From: Clostridiales bacterium
Lineage (GTDB): Bacteria > Bacillota > Clostridia > SK-Y3
NCBI GenBank assembly: GCA_030156665.1
Contig: JASGMB010000003.1
Span: 2,437-66,436, forward strand
Direction of reading: 5' to 3'
Length of the DNA stretch: 64,000 nt
Each line of letters starts with the position of its first letter. Position 1 is the stretch's first letter. The translations under genes were made by a program, and so were the position numbers. Of this stretch, positions 31,980 through 40,521 are shown piece after piece. Under the pieces are notes generated by a model. That model worked only from the letters and a program-made list of their open reading frames with translations, did no database searches and was not told where the DNA came from.

Positions 31980-32337
31980 GAGTAAGTCTATAAGCCGAGT
32001 TCTGTATTCGATAATCATCTATCTAGGTCATACATTACTGCATGACTCAAGCCACCTACCCGGGAGAACGTCGGGCCAACTTAACTCTCCCCTATACGGT
32101 GTTGCTCCAGGTGGGGTTTACATAGCCGATTAGTCGCCTAATCGCTGGTGAGCTCTTACCTCACCTTTCCACCCTTACTGAGTAATTTGATAATTCAAAT
32201 TGCTCAGCGGTATATTTCTGTTGCACTTTCCTTAGAGTCGCCTCCACTGGGAGTTACCCAGCACCCTGCCCTATGGAGCTCGGACTTTCCTCGTGTGCGG
32301 CCTTTCGGCACTGCACCCGCGATTATCTGACTTACTC
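31980..32337 (-). ncRNA. rnpB: RNase P RNA, bacterial class A
   Basis: Minus strand contains GAGGAAAGTCCGAGCTCCATAGGGCAGGGTGCTGGGTAACTCCCAGTG and ACAGAACTCGGCTTATAG. P1 pairs GAGTAAGTC with GACTTACTC. Locally GC-rich. Confidence 0.9.
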
Positions 32338-32366
32338 ATTAATTATTCATTTTAAGAGCATCATTA

Positions 32367-32395
32367 ATGATAACATGTTTATTATTATTTGTCAA
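32367..32395 (-). promoter_or_regulatory. Putative sigma-A promoter for rnpB
   Basis: Minus strand TTGACA - 17 nt - TATCAT, about 30 nt upstream of P1. Pattern match only. Confidence 0.4.
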
Positions 32396-32556
32396 ATGTA
32401 AAAATAGGATTGTGTATATTTTTATTTAAAGAATATTATGGAAAAAACATTGCAAAAAGGCTTAGCGCTTGTTAACGCAGCGGAGGAAAAGCTGCATCAC
32501 TTCTTTAAACAAATTAAATACACCCGATAGTATTTTATATCTTAATATTCTTCTAT

Positions 32557-33666
32557 CTATAATGTATGAATAATATTTCTGTTACACTCTGTTTCGAAAA
32601 TACAAATATCTTTTTGGTGAAAAATATTCCTTATATATTCTGCTAAAAATGAGACAACAATATATTCCGTTTGATAATGTCCTGCATCAATAATATTAAG
32701 TCCCATTTCCTGTGCCAGTTGTGCCTGATGATATTTTATATCTCCCGTAACATATACATCAGCATTTTGTTTTAGGCAAGAAGGTATCAAATCTCCACCG
32801 CTGCCAGTACAAACTGCTATCTTAGAAACAATACTTTGTTTATTTCCAATATATTGAACATGAGTAGTATTTAATATGCTTTTTACAATATTAATAAATT
32901 CAGCAAAAGTTGTTTGCTTATCTAATTCACCTATTCTACCCAATCCAATCGCTTTCCCTTCAATTTCAAGAGGATAAACATCATATGCCACTTCTTCATA
33001 TGGATGTGCTTTTATCATTGATTGTACTACATCACTTATTTTATTTTCCGGGACAACTGTTTCAAGTCGATATTCGTTCACTTTTTCAATTTTTCCCTGC
33101 TTACCGACAAAAGGATTCGTTCCTTCTAAAGGCCGAAACGTTCCAATACCTTTGCATGTATATGTACAATCACTATAGTCTCCGATCCATCCTGCTCCGG
33201 CGTTCGTCATTGCCTGTCTTACCGAATCTTCATATCCTTCTGGTATAAAAACTACAATTTTCTTTAATTTCTGCTTCTGTAATACTTCCAATACTTTAAT
33301 ATTTTTTAATTGTAATTTAGAAGCAAAAAGGTCGTTCAACCCGCCTTGGCAAATATCTAAATTAGTATGTGCGGCATACACTGATATATTATTTTTTACT
33401 AAAATCCTAACCATTTTTCCTAATAAATCATCTTCTGTTATTTTTTTTAATGGCTTAAAAATTATAGGATGATGTGAAATGATTAAATCAACTTTTTTTT
33501 CAACAGCTTCGGTTATGACTTCATAGTTTATATCTAATGTAACCATTATATTTTTAACTTTCTGTTCTCTATTTCCAATTAATAGTCCTACGTTATCCCA
33601 TGATTCTGCCAAACTTAGAGGAGCTAGTTTTTCCAATTCTTTTATTACTTCATCACATTTGATCAT
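32557..33666 (-). CDS. Nif3-like dinuclear metal centre protein (YqfO family)
   Basis: SWDNVGLLIG, ISHHP and AHTNLD motifs with the inserted PII-like domain. ATGA overlap with trmK, as in the B. subtilis yqfN-yqfO pair. Confidence 0.9.
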   Translation of the reverse strand: MIKCDEVIKELEKLAPLSLAESWDNVGLLIGNREQKVKNIMVTLDINYEVITEAVEKKVDLIISHHPIIFKPLKKITEDDLLGKMVRILVKNNISVYAAHTNLDICQGGLNDLFASKLQLKNIKVLEVLQKQKLKKIVVFIPEGYEDSVRQAMTNAGAGWIGDYSDCTYTCKGIGTFRPLEGTNPFVGKQGKIEKVNEYRLETVVPENKISDVVQSMIKAHPYEEVAYDVYPLEIEGKAIGLGRIGELDKQTTFAEFINIVKSILNTTHVQYIGNKQSIVSKIAVCTGSGGDLIPSCLKQNADVYVTGDIKYHQAQLAQEMGLNIIDAGHYQTEYIVVSFLAEYIRNIFHQKDICIFETECNRNIIHTL

Positions 33667-34457
33667 TTATTACACTCTCCTTCCATGATTGATTGTTGTA
33701 AGCATTTATATTCCATCAATCTTGCACGACATTCTTTAAGACGTAAATAGGCATTTCGAGAATCTTTATTTTCTAACTGGATGATAATTTTATTTAATTC
33801 AGTTATTCGGTCTATCAGCAAATTTTTTAAGAGCGGGTCTTTCTTCTCCACTAATTTTTTACCGATATAATTAAAAATCTCTTTTTCTATTTTATCTTCT
33901 CCATGTTCGGCAACAATCACATTATATATTTTACTACCTTCCATCACTAGCTCTTCATCAACTATCTTAAAATGGTTATTGATCAGCCACTTTCTTACTT
34001 CTTCTTGTCCAACCATAGGTTGAAGGATTAATCTATCAATAGTTTTAAGAGCAGATTTAGCTGCTGACAATATCTCTGCAATAAGTACGCCACCCATTCC
34101 TGCAATAATTACGGTATCAACTTCCCCAAGTGATACTTTCTCTAAACCATTACCTAATCTCACATCTATTCTATGCATTAGATTATACTTTTTTACATTA
34201 TCTTTTGCCTTTTCTACAGGACCTTTTTTAACGTCAGAAGCAATTACATAATTAGAAATTCCTTTGGTAATAAGATATATAGGAATATAAGCATGATCAG
34301 TACCGATATCTGCTACTCTTGCGCCTGGAAGAACCTTATCAGCAATAAGTTGAAGGCGTGGTGTTAATTTACAACTTAAATCTTTTCCTTTTCTATCCGT
34401 TAAAATATCATCATTATCAGATATATGATTCTGTATTTCACGTTCTGTTTTTAACAT
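33663..34457 (-). CDS. trmK: tRNA (adenine22-N1)-methyltransferase TrmK (YqfN family)
   Basis: LTPRLQLIADKV..VADIGTDHAYIPIYL and IAGMGG motifs. Has about 30 extra N-terminal residues relative to typical TrmK, so the true start may be internal and non-ATG. Confidence 0.85.
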   Translation of the reverse strand: MLKTEREIQNHISDNDDILTDRKGKDLSCKLTPRLQLIADKVLPGARVADIGTDHAYIPIYLITKGISNYVIASDVKKGPVEKAKDNVKKYNLMHRIDVRLGNGLEKVSLGEVDTVIIAGMGGVLIAEILSAAKSALKTIDRLILQPMVGQEEVRKWLINNHFKIVDEELVMEGSKIYNVIVAEHGEDKIEKEIFNYIGKKLVEKKDPLLKNLLIDRITELNKIIIQLENKDSRNAYLRLKECRARLMEYKCLQQSIMEGECNK

Positions 34458-34582
34458 TCTTAATATTCTCCATTCTTATTAGAACAAAACTCTTTTTATT
34501 TAAAGTATTATATCATATGTAGATTTTGTTGAAGTATAGAAAATTATGCTTTTTAATATAAGAGTATAGTCTTCTATACGTT

Positions 34583-34620
34583 AAAAAAACCAGATAGTGA
34601 ATTTAACATTCCATATCTGG
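34583..34620 (-). terminator. Intrinsic terminator downstream of the tRNA pair
   Basis: Minus strand CCAGATA..loop..TATCTGG followed by T7. Confidence 0.65.
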
Positions 34621-34649
34621 CCTTTAAAAATATTCAATACATGGTTTGC

Positions 34650-34726
34650 TGGTGGGCCTTCAGGGACTCGAACCCCGGACCAACCGGTTATGAGCCGGTT
34701 GCTCTAACCAACTGAGCTAAAGGCCC
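34650..34726 (-). tRNA. tRNA with CAU anticodon; tRNA-Ile2 (lysidine) favoured over elongator tRNA-Met
   Basis: GGGCCTTTAGCTCAGTTGGTTAGAGCAACCGGCTCATAACCGGTTGGTCCGGGGTTCGAGTCCCTGAAGGCCCACCA folds as a cloverleaf. The C4-G69/C5-G68 acceptor pairs and overall similarity to Firmicute tRNA-Ile(CAU) favour Ile2. Confidence 0.88.
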
Positions 34727-34736
34727 AAAATAAAAA

Positions 34737-34812
34737 TGGCTCCTCAAGTAGGACTCGAACCTACGACCCTGCGGTTAACAGCCGCATGCTCTACCGACTG
34801 AGCTATTGAGGA
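34737..34812 (-). tRNA. tRNA-Asn (GUU)
   Basis: TCCTCAATAGCTCAGTCGGTAGAGCATGCGGCTGTTAACCGCAGGGTCGTAGGTTCGAGTCCTACTTGAGGAGCCA. Clean cloverleaf with anticodon loop CTGTTAA. Confidence 0.92.
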
Positions 34813-34825
34813 ACATTTCAAGCTT

Positions 34826-34854
34826 ATTATACTATGTTTTTTTTATAATTGCAA
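34826..34854 (-). promoter_or_regulatory. Putative sigma-A promoter for the tRNA-Asn/tRNA-CAU unit
   Basis: Minus strand TTGCAA - 17 nt - TATAAT, ending about 13 nt before the tRNA-Asn 5' end. Confidence 0.5.
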
Positions 34855-34869
34855 TATACAAATAAAAAT

Positions 34870-34932
34870 TTTCAAAGTAGAGAATGTTCAACTGTATTCA
34901 AATTTTACCATTCTCTACTTGTTATAAAATGA
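34870..34932. repeat. Hairpin with flanks resembling the intergenic hairpin element (possible divergent copy D)
   Basis: TTTTCAA-AGTAGAGAATG..loop..CATTCTCTACT-TGTTATAAAA. The flanks match TTTTTTGAAAC / GTTATAAAAAAC of copies A-C, but the stem sequence is unrelated. Confidence 0.3.
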
Positions 34933-34952
34933 ATCTTTATAATAACTGCGGC

Positions 34953-34979
34953 AGAAAACCTGACCTTTTGTAGGTCAGA
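34953..34979 (-). terminator. Intrinsic terminator downstream of the 70-aa ORF
   Basis: Minus strand CTGACC-TACAAAA-GGTCAG followed by GTTTTCT. Confidence 0.55.
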
Positions 34980-35080
34980 ATGAATGCCACATAAAGTTTC
35001 AAGAAAATCTACTTTACAAAATAATTCGAGCTTTATACCTGGGGGGGTTAAAATTGAAGATTCTTTTATTTTGTGTACTC

Positions 35081-35293
35081 TTAATTATTGTGTAAGGCAC
35101 TATCCATTGGCTCACCTTTATACTTAATTAATAGTTCTCTTAGCTGACTTGCTTGCTTTCCCTGCTGCTCTGCCAATTGTTTAAAAACTCCACTAATTTC
35201 TCCCTCTTTTATTCTTTTTGAATACATTTCAAAATCTCTTACTGCTTCCTGTGTATTGAGCCAAGCTCTTTCCAAACAATCAATAGCATCCAC
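35081..35293 (-). CDS. Hypothetical small helical protein (70 aa)
   Basis: ORF with GGAGGTGA RBS just upstream of the ATG. Predicted helix-rich and loosely reminiscent of DUF1657-type small sporeformer proteins, but no firm family call. Confidence 0.45.
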   Translation of the reverse strand: MDAIDCLERAWLNTQEAVRDFEMYSKRIKEGEISGVFKQLAEQQGKQASQLRELLIKYKGEPMDSALHNN

Positions 35294-35430
35294 TATAAAT
35301 TCACCTCCTGATACATTTATTTTATACAGCTTTTGCTATTTTATACTGAATCATTATGAATCAAGAATACTAGCAAAATTTTCAAAATTCCTTATGGATG
35401 ATAATTTCATTAAAATTATTAAAGCAAAAG

Positions 35431-35464
35431 AGACTCGATTGACACAGCTATGTCAATCGAGTCT
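35431..35464 (-). terminator. Intrinsic terminator downstream of sigA
   Basis: Minus strand AGACTCGATTGACA-tagctg-TGTCAATCGAGTCT followed by CTTTTGCTTT. Confidence 0.7.
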
Positions 35465-35465
35465 A

Positions 35466-36542
35466 TCAATCCAAGTAATCTTTTAACTTTTTGCTACGAC
35501 TAGGATGTCGTAATTTTCTTAACGCTTTTGCTTCAATTTGCCGAATTCGTTCACGAGTAACATTAAATTCTTTACCAACTTCTTCTAAAGTTCTTGCTCG
35601 ACCATCGTCTAATCCAAATCTCAGTCTCAAAACTTTTTCTTCCCTGGGGGTAAGGGTATCAAGTACGTCTATAAGTTGTTCTTTTAACAGCGTAAACGAT
35701 GCCGCTTCTGCAGGAGCAGGAGCATCATCATCAGGGATAAAATCTCCCAAATGACTATCTTCTTCTTCACCTATAGGTGTTTCTAAAGACACAGGTTCTT
35801 GTGCGATTTTCATGATTTCTCTCACTTTGTCAACAGACATGTTCATTTCCTTAGCAATTTCCTCTGGCTGCGGCTCTCTACCAAGTTCTTGCAATAATTG
35901 TCTGGATACTCTAATCAATTTATTTATCGTTTCAACCATATGAACTGGAATTCTAATCGTTCTCGCTTGGTCAGCAATTGCCCTTGTTATAGCTTGACGT
36001 ATCCACCAAGTAGCATAAGTACTGAATTTATAACCTTTTCTATAATCGAATTTTTCAACTGCTTTGATTAGTCCTAGATTTCCTTCTTGAATCAAGTCAA
36101 GAAATAACATTCCTCGTCCAACATATCTTTTTGCAATGCTTACAACAAGTCTCAAATTTGCTTCAGCCAGACGTCGTTTTGCCTCTTGATCCCCATTTTC
36201 CATTCTTTTCGCCAATTCAATTTCTTCTTCTGAAGTCAGAAGAGGGACTTTGCCAATTTCTTTAAGATACATTCTAACTGGATCGTCTATACTAATTCCT
36301 TCTGGGACACTTAAATCAAGATCTTCTTCATCTAACTGAATGTCTTCTAACTCTTGCTCTATATCTCCCACAATTTCGATACCCATATGCTCAATGGTTT
36401 CATACACTTTTTCAATTTGTTCTGTGTCAAGTTCAATTTCTTCAAGCGTATCCATAATTTCTTTATATGTAAGTATTCCTTTGCTCTTACCTTTATCTAA
36501 AAGCTCTTTTACTATTGCTTTTTTACTTTCGTTCGTTTTCAT
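35466..36542 (-). CDS. sigA: Primary RNA polymerase sigma factor (SigA/RpoD)
   Basis: Regions 1.2 to 4.2 all present ([75 protein letters not shown]). Confidence 0.97.
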   Translation of the reverse strand: MKTNESKKAIVKELLDKGKSKGILTYKEIMDTLEEIELDTEQIEKVYETIEHMGIEIVGDIEQELEDIQLDEEDLDLSVPEGISIDDPVRMYLKEIGKVPLLTSEEEIELAKRMENGDQEAKRRLAEANLRLVVSIAKRYVGRGMLFLDLIQEGNLGLIKAVEKFDYRKGYKFSTYATWWIRQAITRAIADQARTIRIPVHMVETINKLIRVSRQLLQELGREPQPEEIAKEMNMSVDKVREIMKIAQEPVSLETPIGEEEDSHLGDFIPDDDAPAPAEAASFTLLKEQLIDVLDTLTPREEKVLRLRFGLDDGRARTLEEVGKEFNVTRERIRQIEAKALRKLRHPSRSKKLKDYLD

Positions 36543-36568
36543 TTATTGTCCCTCCTTCCTTGGCACAA

Positions 36569-38341
36569 TTATTTTCGTTTGTACTCTATTAGCAACGTAT
36601 TTAATTTTTCAACATTCCCTTCCTCTAAACTTGACTTTATTTTTTGTATATTTTTCTCTTTATTTATAGAATCTATTAATTCATAAGCAGCTTTTAGATT
36701 ATCTTCAAAATTTGTATCTAAGTGTAGTATAGAAGTAACAATGCTAACTTCTCCGTTTTCAAATTTAGATACAATTTCTGTGGGATCAATTGTTTCTCCT
36801 TGTTCTCTTAAATGATAAATAATTGATGCAACTTTTTGATGTAAAGCATTATAAAAATCACTTGGTTGAATTAATTCTTTTACTTTATTAAATACATATT
36901 TATCATAACATAATACATTTATTAACATTTTTTCTGCATTCAATAATCTGATATTTGCTTTGGAATTTGTGTTTGCATTTGTTTGACCAGCAACAAAATT
37001 CACATTTTTATTTATTTTTTCCAAAGATTTATTATTTTTTCTATTATTCCGATATTTTATTTTTTTCATTTCTGCAAAAATAGCTTGAGCATTAATGTTA
37101 GTCTCCTCTGCTATTTTTTGTACATATGCATCACATTCAATAGAATTTTCAATTTTCGCAAAAATCTCAGCCATCTCATTGATAAATTCAACTTTCTGTT
37201 GTATATCATCAATATCATATTTTTGCTTTAACAATTCAATTTTATATTCTACGAGATTTTTAGATTCTTTAAGAGTTTTCTGAAATCTTTCAACTCCTCT
37301 TATTCTTATAAATTCATCAGGGTCTTTTCCTTCGGGTAGTGTTAATACATTAACTTTACAGCCTACTTTTGAAAGAATATCCATTCCCCTTATAGTAGCA
37401 GCTTGTCCTGCCGTATCAGCATCATAAGCGATAATCGCCTTTTGACAATATTTTTTGATTATTTTTGCTTGCTCTTCAGTAAGCGCTGTTCCTAAAGAAG
37501 CTACGGTATTTATTATTCCATTTTGATGAAGAGATATAACATCCATGTATCCTTCAACAATAATTAGTTCATTATTGATTGCGTTTTTAGCAAAATTCAT
37601 ACCGTATACAGTGTTGCTTTTGTTAAATACAATAGTTTCAGGCGAGTTTAAATACTTAGGTAGAGAATCATCAAGAACTCTACCACCAAACCCAACAACA
37701 TTTCCTCTTAAATCAATAATTGGAAATATTATTCTATTCCGAAATCGATCGTAATGACTTTTCCCTTTATTATTAATTATCAAACCGGTACTTAAAATCT
37801 CTTCAATTGTATAACCTTTTGAAAGCAAATATTGTAAGAGCGAATCCCAAGAATTCAATGCATATCCTAACCCAAAATTTGTAATAGTTTTTCTTTTAAT
37901 ACGTCTTTTAGCAAGATATTTTCTAGCTATTTCTCCTTCATGTGAAAGTAGATTCTTATAATAAAACTTTGCAGCCTCAACGTTTATTTTAAGAATTAAT
38001 TGTTTCTGCTTATACCTTTTCGTATGATCTCCGTGAAAGTCTCCTTCCGGCAAAGTCATTCTTGCCCTTTCAGCAAGGAATTTAATTGCTTCGACAAAAT
38101 CAAGATTTTCTATCATCATTATAAAGTTAATAACAGTACCACCGACTCCACACCCAAAACAATGAAATAACTGTTTATCTGGTGACACTGAAAAAGAAGG
38201 GGTTTTTTCTCTATGAAAAGGACATAAACCTTTTAATGTATTACCACTTCTTTTTAATTTTACATAATCCGATATAATTTCTACTATATCGTTGTTAGCT
38301 CTCACTTCCTGTATTATTTCCTCAGGATAAAATTGAGCCAT
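36569..38341 (-). CDS. dnaG: DNA primase
   Basis: Zinc finger CPFHREKTPSFSVSP..FHCFGCG, TOPRIM (VEGYMDV, AYDADTAGQ) and a C-terminal helicase-interaction region. Upstream of sigA. Confidence 0.95.
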   Translation of the reverse strand: MAQFYPEEIIQEVRANNDIVEIISDYVKLKRSGNTLKGLCPFHREKTPSFSVSPDKQLFHCFGCGVGGTVINFIMMIENLDFVEAIKFLAERARMTLPEGDFHGDHTKRYKQKQLILKINVEAAKFYYKNLLSHEGEIARKYLAKRRIKRKTITNFGLGYALNSWDSLLQYLLSKGYTIEEILSTGLIINNKGKSHYDRFRNRIIFPIIDLRGNVVGFGGRVLDDSLPKYLNSPETIVFNKSNTVYGMNFAKNAINNELIIVEGYMDVISLHQNGIINTVASLGTALTEEQAKIIKKYCQKAIIAYDADTAGQAATIRGMDILSKVGCKVNVLTLPEGKDPDEFIRIRGVERFQKTLKESKNLVEYKIELLKQKYDIDDIQQKVEFINEMAEIFAKIENSIECDAYVQKIAEETNINAQAIFAEMKKIKYRNNRKNNKSLEKINKNVNFVAGQTNANTNSKANIRLLNAEKMLINVLCYDKYVFNKVKELIQPSDFYNALHQKVASIIYHLREQGETIDPTEIVSKFENGEVSIVTSILHLDTNFEDNLKAAYELIDSINKEKNIQKIKSSLEEGNVEKLNTLLIEYKRK

Positions 38342-38633
38342 ATATATCTCCTTACACTTTATTTTATATTTGTATATAAAGACATTAAACCATAAAATTT
38401 ATATAAATAATTTCATTCGACTTATTTTATTCGACATAAGCTTTAAAATTCCTTCTTTTTTATTAAATATTATATAAAAATAAAACAAAATCTTTACATT
38501 TAAAAAATATTAATGTTAAATTCGTTTAACGCCATAAACATCAAAATAAATGATATACGATATAATTTATTAAAATTATATAAATACTATTTCCATTAAA
38601 TAGTTATAGCCACATTTTACATTTTTATGCACA

Positions 38634-39635
38634 TTAAACTTTTCGCCATGACACAGGGATAAAAATTTCATAAAATTTGTGAAGTGCATACCTATCTGTC
38701 ATACCAGCAATATAATCACATACAATTCTGTGGATATCGGCATTATCTAATGCACTTCTCATTTCAGACGGTAAATCCTCCGGATGATTAATAAAATAGT
38801 TATATAACTCGCCGATTATATTATATACTTTTTCTTCTTCTTTTTTTGCAATAGATCCAATATACACATTATCAAACATAAATTTACGTAATTCCATCGT
38901 AGCTTGATATACTTCAGCACTCATACAAATTATATTTTTATCTGTGCTATTTGCAATAACATCTGAAATCATAGTATTTATTCTCTGTCTATGTGTTTCA
39001 CCTAAAACCTTCAGACAATTTTGAGGAATATGATGTTTTTCAATGATTCCTCCACGTATAGCGTCATCGATATCATGATTAATATAAGCAATTCTATCTG
39101 CATACTTTATAATCTGCCCTTCTAAAGTTGCAGATTGATTTTCCCCGGTATGGTTAACAATCCCATCTCTTACTTCACTGGTGAGATTCATCCCTTTTCC
39201 ATTTTCTAAAATATCTACCACTCTTAAACTTTGTTCATAATGTTTAAACCCATATGGACAGATACTGTTTAATATGTATTCTCCTGCATGTCCAAACGGA
39301 GTATGGCCTAAGTCATGGCCTAAAGCAATAGCTTCACTTAAATCTTCATTTAGCCTTAGTCCCCTTGCAATTGTTCGAGCAATTTGTGCTACTTCTAATG
39401 TATGCGTAAGCCGTGTTCTATAATGGTCACCTTCAGGTGCAATAAAAACTTGTGTCTTGTGTTTCAATCGTCTAAAAGACTTAGAGTGGATTATTCTATC
39501 TCTATCTCTTTGAAAGTCAGTCCGTATCTCACAACTCGGTTCCTTCCTAATTCTCCCTTTTGTTTTAGCGCTCAGTTGTGCAAAAGGTGATAAAATTTGC
39601 TTTTCAATATGTTCAGTATGCTCGCGAATATTCAT
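38634..39635 (-). CDS. dgt: dGTP triphosphohydrolase-like HD-domain protein
   Basis: [28 protein letters not shown] and [10 protein letters not shown] motifs. Confidence 0.9.
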   Translation of the reverse strand: MNIREHTEHIEKQILSPFAQLSAKTKGRIRKEPSCEIRTDFQRDRDRIIHSKSFRRLKHKTQVFIAPEGDHYRTRLTHTLEVAQIARTIARGLRLNEDLSEAIALGHDLGHTPFGHAGEYILNSICPYGFKHYEQSLRVVDILENGKGMNLTSEVRDGIVNHTGENQSATLEGQIIKYADRIAYINHDIDDAIRGGIIEKHHIPQNCLKVLGETHRQRINTMISDVIANSTDKNIICMSAEVYQATMELRKFMFDNVYIGSIAKKEEEKVYNIIGELYNYFINHPEDLPSEMRSALDNADIHRIVCDYIAGMTDRYALHKFYEIFIPVSWRKV

Positions 39636-39682
39636 GATATCACGACCTTTTTATCAAAATTTACATATTATGAAAAACTTAT

Positions 39683-40288
39683 TTAATTTTTCCTTAAATC
39701 GGCATTCTTAATCGCATTACTAACCTCAAATATCCGATTTGCTAATACCTCTATTCTTTTTTTTGCAAATTCATCTTTTTCAGCCGGCCTTTGTGCACTG
39801 ACTCCATGATGCCCTGCATCATGATCTACATGTCCATCCCCTATAATAATCATGCCTTGAACCAACATCATATCATGAATAGCCTTTATAGTAGTTTCCT
39901 GCCCACCATATTTCGAAGCTCCAACTGTTACAGCTGCACCTACTAAATTGATAAAAGCCTTTTCAGTTCTCAATTTTCTACTTTTATCAAAAAAAGCTTT
40001 TAACTGTGCAGAAACAGTGCCGAAATATACCGGGCTACCTATTAATATACCATTGGCACTCTTTAATTTGTTATATGCTTCTTCTAAAGCAGTATCTTTA
40101 AAACATACTCCTTGACAAGGGCTAGAACAAGCCGTGCAAAAAGATAGTTTTGCAGAATTTATTATCTTTGGCACATTAATGATTTCCGTTTTTGCACCTT
40201 TTTTCTTACATATTTCAAGAATTTGATTTAATAAATAATAAGTATTGCCATATTCATTTGGACTACCATTTAAACCTATAATATACAT
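39683..40288 (-). CDS. Iron-sulfur flavoprotein / NADPH-dependent FMN reductase family protein
   Basis: Flavodoxin-like fold (IIGLNGSP, IGSPVYFG) with a compact Cys motif CTACSSPCQGVC. ATG at 40288 follows GGAGG. Confidence 0.8.
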   Translation of the reverse strand: MYIIGLNGSPNEYGNTYYLLNQILEICKKKGAKTEIINVPKIINSAKLSFCTACSSPCQGVCFKDTALEEAYNKLKSANGILIGSPVYFGTVSAQLKAFFDKSRKLRTEKAFINLVGAAVTVGASKYGGQETTIKAIHDMMLVQGMIIIGDGHVDHDAGHHGVSAQRPAEKDEFAKKRIEVLANRIFEVSNAIKNADLRKN

Positions 40289-40370
40289 TGTAAACCTCCA
40301 TTTTTTATTTTTATTATACATATATATACTACAAAAAATAAAATATTTCCTTCTTTTTTATTAAAAATAT

Positions 40371-40480
40371 AAAAAAGGCTTCTATTTAAGAAACATTTTA
40401 TTAAATGAAGCCTTTCTTGAAATGCATTTAACGAAAAGGATAAAACTAATGAAAAATACACTTTCTCATTTGTTATAAAA
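40371..40480. repeat. Intergenic double-hairpin element, copy A
   Basis: About 110 nt, homologous to 44262-44371 (roughly four-fifths identical by eye). Hairpin 1 is AAAAAAGGCTTC..GAAGCCTTT. Hairpin 2 is AAATGCAT..GAAAAG..CTTTC.CATTTGTT. Confidence 0.6.
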
Positions 40481-40510
40481 AAAGCTTGACATGTTGTCAA
40501 GCTTTTTTAT
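40477..40510 (-). terminator. Intrinsic terminator downstream of ppdK
   Basis: AAGCTTGACA-tgt-TGTCAAGCTT 10-bp stem flanked by A7 and T6 (bidirectional form). Confidence 0.8.
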
Positions 40511-40521
40511 TTTTTTATACT

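Noticed and set aside
32148-32330. 60-aa ORF in a GC-rich patch.
   Set aside because: It falls entirely within the RNase P RNA gene on the opposite strand.
35041-35047. G7 homopolymer in an otherwise AT-rich spacer, a possible slipped-strand phase-variation tract.
   Set aside because: It lies downstream of the 70-aa ORF stop and upstream of its terminator. It is not within a coding region or between promoter elements, so length changes would have no obvious effect.
40276-40500. A 74-aa minus-strand ORF across repeat copy A, and a 40-codon ORF (MFPLVLYFPLNAFQKRLH..) across copy B. These could have suggested a small protein encoded by the repeat.
   Set aside because: The two translations share residues only where the DNA is identical. 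A 4-nt length difference in the hairpin-1 loop shifts the frame between copies. The copy B ATG is ATT in copy A. Copy C has no equivalent ORF. Conservation is therefore at the nucleotide or structure level.
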